From Flavobacterium sp. (lineage in GTDB: Bacteria > Bacteroidota > Bacteroidia > Flavobacteriales > Flavobacteriaceae), in contig JALRGZ010000078.1 in NCBI GenBank assembly GCA_023253295.1, forward strand, positions 1-43,120: a DNA stretch of 43,120 bases. Reading direction: 5' to 3'. The notes below the pieces were generated by a model that saw only the letters and a list, made by a program, of their open reading frames with translations, ran no database searches and was not told the DNA's origin. A program made the position numbers and the translations under genes. How positions within the stretch are numbered: position 1 is the first letter of the stretch; each line of letters starts with the position of its first letter. Shown one piece after another: positions 1 through 7,904 of this stretch.

Positions 1-150
1 ATTAGAAAATCCAACCTCCTTAACTAAGTTAATTGTTTGCTCAAAATCTTCCTCGGTTTCACCAGGATATCCAACGATAAAATCACTGGAGAATTCAATA
101 TCAGGTCTGGCGCTTTTGAATTTGCCAATCAAATCTAAATAAAATTCCAT
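1..150 (-). CDS. miaB: Internal fragment of a MiaB-type tRNA methylthiotransferase (radical SAM); partial, runs off the window edge
   Basis: Reverse complement of 1-150 is an open frame, [50 protein letters not shown]. SSDFIVGxPGET is the MiaB-type methylthiotransferase motif. Not in the ORF track. Confidence 0.85.
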   Translation of the reverse strand, partial: MEFYLDLIGKFKSARPDIEFSSDFIVGYPGETEEDFEQTINLVKEVGFSN

Positions 151-734
151 TGGAAGAAAAGAAAATTACAGCTGAGGTTTGTGTGCATCATTTGTGGTTT
201 ACTAATGATGATTATGCAACTAAAGGTAATTTTATCAAATGGAATCCGGCTGTTAAAACTGCTAAAGACAGAGATGCTTTATGGAAAGCATTGTTGGATG
301 ACAGAATTGATGTTATTGCTACCGATCATGCGCCTCATACATTAGAAGAGAAAAAACAATCGTATTTAAAAGCGCCATCAGGAGGGCCATTAGTGCAACA
401 CGCAGTGGTGGCAATGTTTGAAGCGCATCATCAGGGAAAAATTAGCGTAGAGAAAATTGTCGAAAAAATGTGTCACAATCCGGCTAAAATTTTCAAGATT
501 GAAAAACGTGGTTTTATCAAAGAAGGGTATTATGCTGATTTGGTTATTGTCAATGCAGGTTTGCCTTGGGGAGTAAAAAAAGAAAATATCTTTGCTAAAT
601 GCGGCTGGTCTCCATTTGAAGGATTTACATTTAAATCAAGAATTACGCATACTTTTGTAAACGGACAATTGGTATATAATGCTTTTAAAGTGAAAGATAT
701 TCGTGCAGGAAAAAGACTTTTATTTGATAGATAG
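138..734 (+). CDS. pyrC: Dihydroorotase, C-terminal part only (5'-truncated)
   Basis: [23 protein letters not shown] and KCGWSPFEG motifs. The frame reads NKIPLEEKK from 138, with an in-frame TGA at 117-119, so the N-terminal half is missing. Confidence 0.85.
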   Translation, partial: NKIPLEEKKITAEVCVHHLWFTNDDYATKGNFIKWNPAVKTAKDRDALWKALLDDRIDVIATDHAPHTLEEKKQSYLKAPSGGPLVQHAVVAMFEAHHQGKISVEKIVEKMCHNPAKIFKIEKRGFIKEGYYADLVIVNAGLPWGVKKENIFAKCGWSPFEGFTFKSRITHTFVNGQLVYNAFKVKDIRAGKRLLFDR

Positions 735-737
735 AAA

Positions 738-1298
738 ATGAGGAAAACGGTTTCATTTTTAGTAATTATAATGTTGTTTTTGGGCTGCAAGGATGATGTG
801 GTTCAAAAGCCTGATCGCCTTATTGATAAAAAGGTTATGGAAAACATTATTTATGATTTATCGCTTATTGATGCGATAAAATATAATGAACCCAATACTA
901 CCGAAAATTATAAAGTAAATCCAAAAGAATTTATTTTTAGAAAATACAAAGTTGATAGTCTTCAATTTGCACAAAATAACATCTATTATGCGTCTGATTT
1001 TGAAGGATACAAAAGTATGTATGATAATGTTCTTAAACGAATAGATAGTAAAAAAGCAATTTTGGATTCTTTGATAAAAAAAGAAGTTAAAAGAGATTCT
1101 TTGAATCAGGTTAAAAAAAGAAGAATGGATTCTATTGCGAATGCTAAAAAAATAGCTTTAGCTAAGAAAGATTCTTTGAAAAAAGTGAAGAAAAAGGATT
1201 CTTTGCTTCTGTTGAAGAAAAAAAAGACAGTATCAAAGAAAGATTTGATGCAAACAAAAAAAGCTTTGGTTTTGAAAAACGGTAATGCTGTTAACTAA
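738..1298 (+). CDS. DUF4296-family lipoprotein with Lys-rich C-terminal tail
   Basis: Lipobox-like FLGC; KPDRLI..MENIIYD..KYKVDSLQFAQNNIYYA pattern; usual neighbour of pyrC in Flavobacteria. Confidence 0.75.
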   Translation: MRKTVSFLVIIMLFLGCKDDVVQKPDRLIDKKVMENIIYDLSLIDAIKYNEPNTTENYKVNPKEFIFRKYKVDSLQFAQNNIYYASDFEGYKSMYDNVLKRIDSKKAILDSLIKKEVKRDSLNQVKKRRMDSIANAKKIALAKKDSLKKVKKKDSLLLLKKKKTVSKKDLMQTKKALVLKNGNAVN

Positions 1299-2283
1299 CC
1301 GAAAAATTTTCTCTGATATATTGGTGTATATCTAAAAAAGAAGTTTGTAATGTAGTTTTGATTTTTTCATTCGAAAATTCTTTTGTGTTCAGAAAAGAAC
1401 AAACGGTATCTTTAGAGAGATTATTTTGTTTTTTGGTGAAGAAATTAAGCAGCCAATTGAATTTTAATAGGAGTCTCAATAGAAAAGGCTTGGCTTCAAT
1501 GCCAGGTCTTTTTACTTTTAAGGTGTCGGCTATGGAATCAAAGATGTCTTTAAAAATGATGTTTTGTCCAATAAGAATAAAACGTTCATTGCAAATGGTG
1601 CTCTCCATTAATTCAATCATAATTCGCACCACATCATCAACTGCCACAAAGGCTGTTTTTCCATAAGAGTAAAATAGTAAACCATCACTCACTTTTTTAA
1701 TTAATTGTCCGCTGCCTTGCTCTTCAAATCCTGGTCCAATGATAACTCCGGGATTTACAATGATTACTTTTAATCCCTCTTGTTGTGCGCGCCAAATTTC
1801 CATTTCGGCACCGTATTTTGAAATGGCATAATCACTGTGGTATTTCTCTGGATTCCATTCTGTTTCTTCTGTAATAATAGTTTCATGGGACGCCAAGTCT
1901 CCTAAGGCTGCTGTAGAACTTACATGGCATAATTTCTCGACTCCTTTGGCTAAACAAAAATTGACAATGTTGGCAGTGCCTTCAATGTTGATTTTGCGAA
2001 GTTTGTTCTCGTCTTTTGGGTCAAACGAAATGAAAGCAGCGCAATGATATACATGAGTAATATTGATAAAGGCGTGTTCCAAAGAAGGAATATCGAGAAT
2101 GTCGCCTTCAACCCATTCTATGGCATCAAATAAAGCTGATTTGTTGTAGTGTTGAAATAAGGATTTGGTTTTTTGAATCCCTTTTTCTTCACGATAAATG
2201 GCACGAACTTTTTCTCCATTTTCAATTAAATGAAGTAATAAATGGGCACCTACTAAACCTGTTCCTCCGGTAACTAAAATCAT
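1291..2283 (-). CDS. NAD-dependent epimerase/dehydratase (extended SDR)
   Basis: TGGTGLVG Rossmann motif and catalytic YAISK. Confidence 0.9.
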   Translation of the reverse strand: MILVTGGTGLVGAHLLLHLIENGEKVRAIYREEKGIQKTKSLFQHYNKSALFDAIEWVEGDILDIPSLEHAFINITHVYHCAAFISFDPKDENKLRKINIEGTANIVNFCLAKGVEKLCHVSSTAALGDLASHETIITEETEWNPEKYHSDYAISKYGAEMEIWRAQQEGLKVIIVNPGVIIGPGFEEQGSGQLIKKVSDGLLFYSYGKTAFVAVDDVVRIMIELMESTICNERFILIGQNIIFKDIFDSIADTLKVKRPGIEAKPFLLRLLLKFNWLLNFFTKKQNNLSKDTVCSFLNTKEFSNEKIKTTLQTSFLDIHQYIRENFSVS

Positions 2284-2389
2284 AAATGCAAATGTAGCAA
2301 TTTATCAATTTTATAAGGTAATAATTAGCTTTTTAGATATTTTTTTAAAATTGGTTCATTTTCAAATTTTCAAATTGTCTAATTAAAGT

Positions 2390-2397
2390 TATCTTTG
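2390..2397 (+). promoter_or_regulatory. Bacteroidota -7 promoter element for tyrS
   Basis: TATCTTTG matches TAnnTTTG, about 50 bp before the ATG. Confidence 0.6.
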
Positions 2398-2449
2398 CGC
2401 ACACGAAGCCGAAAAGGCTGTACTGATGAAAGTAAATTGATTAAAAAAG

Positions 2450-3742
2450 ATGAAAAATTTTATTGAAGAAGTAACTTGGAGAGGAATGCTCCACGATGTT
2501 ATGCCTGGCACCGAAGAACATTTGATGGAACAAATGCGTGTGGCGTATGTGGGGATTGACCCAACTGCCGATTCATTACATATAGGACACCTTGTAGGAG
2601 TTATGTTGCTGAAACATTTTCAGTTAGCAGGGCATAAACCATTAGCTTTAGTAGGTGGTGCAACGGGAATGATTGGAGATCCTTCCGGAAAATCCAACGA
2701 AAGAAATTTATTAGACGAAGCAACATTACGTCATAATCAGGAGGCGATTAAAGAACAATTGAGCCGTTTCCTGGACTTTACTTCAGATGCGCCAAATGCT
2801 GCTGAATTAGTGAATAACTACGACTGGATGAAGAATTTCTCTTTCTTAGACTTCATTCGTGATGTGGGGAAACACATTACAGTAAATTACATGATGGCTA
2901 AGGATTCAGTTAAGAAACGTTTGTCTTCTGAGTCTGCCGAAGGAATGTCATTTACTGAGTTTACTTACCAATTAGTTCAGGGATATGATTTCTTGCATTT
3001 GTACAAAGCTAAAAATTGTACGTTACAAATGGGAGGTAGCGACCAATGGGGAAATATAACTACAGGAACCGAATTAGTTCGTAGAATCGAAGCTGGTAAA
3101 GCTTATGCTTTGACTTGTCCGTTGATTACAAAAGCAGATGGAACTAAATTTGGTAAATCTGAAGGTGGAAACATCTGGTTAGATGCAACCAGAACTTCTC
3201 CATATAAGTTCTATCAATATTGGTTGAACACTTCGGATGTTGATGCTGAAAAATACATCAAGATTTTTACTTTCTTGTCTAAGGAAGAAATCGAAGATTT
3301 AACTGAAAAACACAGAGAAGCACCGCATTTAAGATTATTGCAGAAAAAATTGGCTGAGGAAATTACAATTATGGTTCACTCGGCAGAAGATTTAGAAAAT
3401 GCAATCAAAGCTTCCAATATTTTGTTTGGAAATTCTACTGCAGATGATTTGAAACAATTGAATGAGAAGACATTCTTAGAAGTTTTTGATGGTGTTCCTC
3501 AGGCGGAAATTGCAAAATCTGAAATTGAAGCAGGAATAGATATTGTGACTGTTTTAAATGAAAAAACAGGATTTATGAAATCGAATGGAGAAGCAAGACG
3601 TGCTTTGACTGCTAATTCTATTTCGGTAAACAGAGAGAAAGTAAAAGAAGATTTTGTGCTTTCTACACAAGATTTAATCAATAGCCAATTTGTATTGTTA
3701 CAAAGCGGAAAGAAAAATTATTTCGTGCTTAGAGTTGTCTAA
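2450..3742 (+). CDS. tyrS: Tyrosine--tRNA ligase
   Basis: [13 protein letters not shown] (HIGH), [16 protein letters not shown] and a C-terminal S4-like domain. Confidence 0.98.
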   Translation: MKNFIEEVTWRGMLHDVMPGTEEHLMEQMRVAYVGIDPTADSLHIGHLVGVMLLKHFQLAGHKPLALVGGATGMIGDPSGKSNERNLLDEATLRHNQEAIKEQLSRFLDFTSDAPNAAELVNNYDWMKNFSFLDFIRDVGKHITVNYMMAKDSVKKRLSSESAEGMSFTEFTYQLVQGYDFLHLYKAKNCTLQMGGSDQWGNITTGTELVRRIEAGKAYALTCPLITKADGTKFGKSEGGNIWLDATRTSPYKFYQYWLNTSDVDAEKYIKIFTFLSKEEIEDLTEKHREAPHLRLLQKKLAEEITIMVHSAEDLENAIKASNILFGNSTADDLKQLNEKTFLEVFDGVPQAEIAKSEIEAGIDIVTVLNEKTGFMKSNGEARRALTANSISVNREKVKEDFVLSTQDLINSQFVLLQSGKKNYFVLRVV

Positions 3743-3770
3743 CAAGTTATAGATTTTCTAAATATATTTT

Positions 3771-3804
3771 AAAAACCTGACTATATAAAAGTAGTCAGGT
3801 TTTT
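3771..3804 (+). terminator. Intrinsic terminator after tyrS
   Basis: AAAAACCTGACTA-loop-TAGTCAGGTTTTT inverted repeat with T tract. Confidence 0.8.
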
Positions 3805-3881
3805 ATGCTTTTAGAAGTAAAGTTTTCTATTTTTGGGATTCAAGATTTTATTTGTAGTATACGCTATTAATTGAAAAAAAT

Positions 3882-5090
3882 ATGGAATTAAAAAAGACAC
3901 TGAGATGGTTTGGAGCAAAGGACCCTATTAGTTTGGCACAAATTAGACAAACTGGTGCTACTGGAATCGTTACGGCTTTGCATCATATTCCGAATGGTGA
4001 AATTTGGTCGGTAGAGGAGATTATGAAGGCCAAAAACAATATTGAATCCTATGGTCTTACTTGGGATGTTGTCGAGAGCTTGCCAGTTCATGAAGATATT
4101 AAGAAAGGAAAAGAAAGTCGTGATCAAATTATTGCCAATTATAAGGAAAGTGTCAAAAATTTAGGCCAATGTGGTATTACAACCATTTGCTATAATTTTA
4201 TGCCAGTTTTAGATTGGGCAAGAACTAATCTTAATTATACCTTGGAAAATGGTACGGTGGCTATGTATTTTGGAGCCGATTTATTCGCCGCTTTTGATCT
4301 GTTTATTTTAAACAGGCCCAATGCTTCAAAGGATTATACCAATGAACAGCTGAAAAAAGCCGAGGGAGTTTATAAAACATTAACCCCTGAAGAGGCGAAG
4401 AGTTTAGCCTATAATATAATAGTAGCTACTCAATCTTTTATTGATGGTGCAGTAGGAGAAGATGAAAAAGAGCCTATAGCTATCTTTTTGAAATTATTGG
4501 CAGAGTACGATGGAATCGATAAACATAAACTAAGAGAGCATTTTGCATATTTTCTAAAGGAAGTTATTCCCGTAGCAGAAGAATCTGGTGTGCGTTTGGC
4601 AGTTCATCCAGATGATCCTCCATTTCCATTATTAGGATTGCCTCGTATTGTGAGTACAGGAGAAGATTTTGAGTGGTTGTCAAAGGCTTGTCCTTCTTTG
4701 CATAACGGTATTACGTTTTGTACCGGTTCTTTAGGAGCAAGAAAAGATAATGCTCTTGCAGAAATTTTTCAAAAATATTCCGAGCGTGTTCATTTTCTTC
4801 ATTTGAGAAGCACAAAAATACTAGACAATGGTGATTTTTATGAAACCGAACATTTAGATCCTACAGTTGATTTGGCAGGAGTGATGAAAGCCATTGTTGA
4901 AGAACAATTACGAAGAAAAAACACCGGAAGAACCGATTATAATATCCCCATTCGTCCGGATCACGGACATAAAATGTTAGACGATTTCAATAGGAGCGGA
5001 AATCCTGGTTATCCTTTAATTGGTCGATTAAAAGGCTTGGCTGAATTGGCTGGACTTGAAGCTGGAATTCGTTTTATGGTGAATCAATAA
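3882..5090 (+). CDS. uxuA: Mannonate dehydratase
   Basis: RWFG, VVESLPVHEDIK, CYNFMPVLDW, HPDDPP and RPDHGH motifs. Own TATTTTTG -7 element at 3828-3835. Confidence 0.95.
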   Translation: MELKKTLRWFGAKDPISLAQIRQTGATGIVTALHHIPNGEIWSVEEIMKAKNNIESYGLTWDVVESLPVHEDIKKGKESRDQIIANYKESVKNLGQCGITTICYNFMPVLDWARTNLNYTLENGTVAMYFGADLFAAFDLFILNRPNASKDYTNEQLKKAEGVYKTLTPEEAKSLAYNIIVATQSFIDGAVGEDEKEPIAIFLKLLAEYDGIDKHKLREHFAYFLKEVIPVAEESGVRLAVHPDDPPFPLLGLPRIVSTGEDFEWLSKACPSLHNGITFCTGSLGARKDNALAEIFQKYSERVHFLHLRSTKILDNGDFYETEHLDPTVDLAGVMKAIVEEQLRRKNTGRTDYNIPIRPDHGHKMLDDFNRSGNPGYPLIGRLKGLAELAGLEAGIRFMVNQ

Positions 5091-5111
5091 CTGTAAGGTC
5101 GGAGAAATTAA

Positions 5112-6092
5112 TTAAACCACCATCAAATTACAACCACGTATATCTGAATTATCAAAACGTCCCAATACCTCGAAAGAGTTGTTGGGATATTTTTTGCCTA
5201 AATCCTGAGTGGCAATAAAAGAACAGGAATTAATGTTAGCCAAATCAATAACGTTGATTCCGCCTGTTTTTCCTTGTGGAATATAACTTAAGGCATCTTC
5301 GGTATCGCGAATAAGAATTTGCATCCACGAAGGGCATTCAAAGATTCCGTTTCCGAGAGAATAGGCTTGTGAAAGGAGTTCAGTCATGCCGTATTCTGAA
5401 TGAATAGCTGAAACTCCAAAACCCGAACACAATATTTCATGGAGTTCTTCCCGAATCATTTCCTTGCGTTTACCTTTCATGCCTCCGGTTTCCATGATAA
5501 TGGTATTTTGGAGTTCGAATTTTTGTTTTTCAATTAAATCCAATAAGGCATAAGTTACTCCTATTAAAATCACATTTTGTCCTGATTCGTCCAATTCGAT
5601 TAATTTTTTAATCAAATCATCGTGATTGTGAAGATAAAAACCGCTTTCAGGATGATTGGAGCATTTAATTAAATCTTCGACCATGTAAATTAGGGAAGAG
5701 CCTTCTCTTTCTAAATAAGATGGAAGTAAGGCCAAAACCACATAGTTCTCAATGTTGCCATAAAATTCTGAAAAGCCTTTTTGATAGCTTTCCTCATACA
5801 TTGTAACATCGGTTACGAGATGTTTACTTGTAATCATTCCTGTGGTTCCACTACTGGTAAAAGTTGTTTGTACAGGATTATTATTAGATAGAACAGTATG
5901 ACTTTTAAAAAACTGTATCGGTAAAAATGGAATTTTTTCTAATGATTTTACCTTTTGAACATCTGTTTTTAAGAAGTCGCAGAATTCACGATATACTAAG
6001 TTGTTTTCGTATTGAAAACGGAATACTTTTAAAGCTATTTTTTCAAATTGCTTTTGATTGGAAATCGTAAATATATCTGTAGCTGTAATCAA
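5112..6092 (-). CDS. LuxE-like acyl-protein synthetase / acyl transferase
   Basis: FTSSGTTG, METGGMKG, EYGMTELLSQAY and VLGR..RGC motifs. Confidence 0.85.
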   Translation of the reverse strand: MITATDIFTISNQKQFEKIALKVFRFQYENNLVYREFCDFLKTDVQKVKSLEKIPFLPIQFFKSHTVLSNNNPVQTTFTSSGTTGMITSKHLVTDVTMYEESYQKGFSEFYGNIENYVVLALLPSYLEREGSSLIYMVEDLIKCSNHPESGFYLHNHDDLIKKLIELDESGQNVILIGVTYALLDLIEKQKFELQNTIIMETGGMKGKRKEMIREELHEILCSGFGVSAIHSEYGMTELLSQAYSLGNGIFECPSWMQILIRDTEDALSYIPQGKTGGINVIDLANINSCSFIATQDLGKKYPNNSFEVLGRFDNSDIRGCNLMVV

Positions 6093-6140
6093 GAATTTTT
6101 TTGTACAAAGTTATGAATTAAATAGGTTTTTAAATAAATA

Positions 6141-6173
6141 AACAAAGCTTCAAATTGAGATTGAAGCTTTGTT
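6141..6173. terminator. Hairpin terminator downstream of the small T9SS protein gene
   Basis: AACAAAGCTTCAA-loop-TTGAAGCTTTGTT perfect 13-bp stem. Confidence 0.75.
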
Positions 6174-6188
6174 GTTTTTTATTCGATA

Positions 6189-6533
6189 TTATCGTACAAT
6201 GAGTTTTCGGGTTGCTGAAGCATTCTGTTCTGTTATCTTAATAATATATACACCTGGTGCAAGATTAGAAATGTTCAGTTCTCTAGTATTTGTATTTAGA
6301 CGAGTCTGTAGTACCGTTTTCCCTAAAAGGTCAAAAATGATAATTTCTTTATCACTATCATTTTTTGTGGTAATATACACTTTGCCATTAGTAACAGGAT
6401 TTGGGTACAAACTCAAGCCTTCAATTATAGAGGGGGCATTTGGGTTAGATTGCTGCTTTACTTCTTGAGCTTTTAGACTCAAGGAGCAGAAAAAAACCAT
6501 TAAAAGAATACTATAAAAGTAGTTTTTTTTCAT
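6189..6533 (-). CDS. Small T9SS type A sorting-domain (CTD) protein
   Basis: Signal peptide ending LKA-Q; LYPNPV..IFDLLGK..LNISNLAPGVYIIKI..TRKLIVR is a type A CTD. Confidence 0.9.
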   Translation of the reverse strand: MKKNYFYSILLMVFFCSLSLKAQEVKQQSNPNAPSIIEGLSLYPNPVTNGKVYITTKNDSDKEIIIFDLLGKTVLQTRLNTNTRELNISNLAPGVYIIKITEQNASATRKLIVR

Positions 6534-6580
6534 TAGCTTGATTTTGATTAGTAAATATACAAAAAATCAAATACTATACC

Positions 6581-6614
6581 AAAAAAAATGCCCTCCTGAA
6601 AAAGGAAGGCATTT
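6581..6614 (-). terminator. Intrinsic terminator after the lipoprotein gene
   Basis: AAATGCCCTCCT/AGGAAGGCATTT stem preceded by an A8 run (U tract on the minus strand). Confidence 0.7.
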
Positions 6615-6636
6615 ATAAAATATTAATTCTATTTTA

Positions 6637-7812
6637 TTAGATACTGAAATAGTTTGTCCAAGCAAATACAGAAGTATCAGCGCCAGTTGCTCCAGTTGCA
6701 GTTGCAGTAATTGTTCCTGTACTATTACCGAATACGTTGTTAGTAATATCTAAGTTAGTTCCCATTCCAGTGATAATTACTGAAGCAGTGTTAGCTGCAT
6801 CTCCTTTTGAGTCAGAGAAGTTAACAAAACCTTTAGTTGGAGCAGGAGCAGAAGTGCCTAATTTAGCTAAAGTGTTAGTCATAGTTACACCACTGTTTCT
6901 TCTGATTTTTACGAAACAATCTAAAGCTACAGTTGAGTTAGAGATAAGAGTGATATTTTTCAAGATAGGGTTAGATTGTCCAGCAGCGTTTGGAGTAGTT
7001 CCGTCTAGGTTACCGTCAGCCTCAACACCTCTAGGGTCAGAGGTTACATCATTGTAACCATACTCTCTGATAGCATATGCGTTGTCAATTGTTCCAGAGT
7101 ATCCTTGTGTCCAGTCAATCATATCGTCTTTAGCGTTTACGATAAGTAAGTTTTTAACATTAACTGTACCTCCGAAGAATTCTACTGCATCATCATCACC
7201 ATATTTACATACGATGTTTTCAACTGTAGTTCCACTACCTACTGAATAGAAAGTAAATCCGTTAAATTCTTGTTCACCGTTAATTCTTGCACCTGTGTAT
7301 TCTACAGTTACATATTTAAGTGTACCTGAGTTGTCATTAGCAATAGTTCCTCCATAAGTGATTTCACCAACCTCAGAAACTGAAGTACCGCCATTACAGA
7401 TAGGAGCTTTTCCAGTTAATACAATTCCTCCCCAGTCTCCAGATCTTGGGTTTCCAGAATTTGAAGTAAATAAGATTGGTTCTGTAGAAGTTCCTGTTGC
7501 GTCAATCATACCACCTTGTAATACTGCTACATAAACATCAGTTCCACCTGGTCTTGCTTTGAATGTAGATCCTGCTGCAATAGTTAATTTAGCACCATCT
7601 CTTACGATAAGAGCACCATCTAAAATGTACTCACCTTTTGGTAAAGATATATTACCATCTATTTCTCCTTTTAATGCTTCAGGGTTGTAGTCAGCATCTG
7701 TTAAAGATGAGATTACTCCGTCAGTATCTGACGTTGAATTGCTGTCATTAGAACAACTAGTTAAAGCTGCTGCAAACATTGAGAACAAAAGGATGTTTTT
7801 AATTGATTTCAT
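6637..7812 (-). CDS. Surface lipoprotein, probable beta-helix-like fold, partner of the TonB receptor
   Basis: Lipobox LTSC, Ser/Asp linker, GDWGGIVLTG, SGTLKYVTVEYTG, DDAVEFFGG, DDMIDWTQGYSG and GVEAD motifs. Confidence 0.75.
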   Translation of the reverse strand: MKSIKNILLFSMFAAALTSCSNDSNSTSDTDGVISSLTDADYNPEALKGEIDGNISLPKGEYILDGALIVRDGAKLTIAAGSTFKARPGGTDVYVAVLQGGMIDATGTSTEPILFTSNSGNPRSGDWGGIVLTGKAPICNGGTSVSEVGEITYGGTIANDNSGTLKYVTVEYTGARINGEQEFNGFTFYSVGSGTTVENIVCKYGDDDAVEFFGGTVNVKNLLIVNAKDDMIDWTQGYSGTIDNAYAIREYGYNDVTSDPRGVEADGNLDGTTPNAAGQSNPILKNITLISNSTVALDCFVKIRRNSGVTMTNTLAKLGTSAPAPTKGFVNFSDSKGDAANTASVIITGMGTNLDITNNVFGNSTGTITATATGATGADTSVFAWTNYFSI

Positions 7813-7848
7813 TTTTTTAATTTAATTTTAATTGTTTTTTATTTTTGA

Positions 7849-7903
7849 CAAACTTACTACTGGTTTGTTATTAAGGTGTTACCAAGTTGTTATTAGTATG
7901 CTA
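7849..7903 (-). promoter_or_regulatory. Candidate Pho-box array plus -7 element (lipoprotein promoter)
   Basis: Minus-strand TAACAA/TAACAC/TAACAA/TAGCAT at 7865, 7876, 7887, 7898 (11-bp period); TAAGTTTG at 7849-7856. Confidence 0.75.
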
Positions 7904-7904
7904 A

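Noticed and set aside
2359-2420. TTTTCAAA-like short tandem repeats and a small AGCC-GAAAA-GGCT hairpin before tyrS as a T-box or riboswitch
   Set aside because: The leader is only ~45 nt and the stem 4 bp; no T-box motif; the repeats are low complexity.
3850-3868. GTATAC core as a UxuR/ExuR operator for uxuA
   Set aside because: Only a 6-bp palindrome; the flanks are not symmetric.
5112-6092. Bioluminescence (lux) system
   Set aside because: No luxAB or luxCD nearby; lone LuxE-like genes are common in Flavobacteria.
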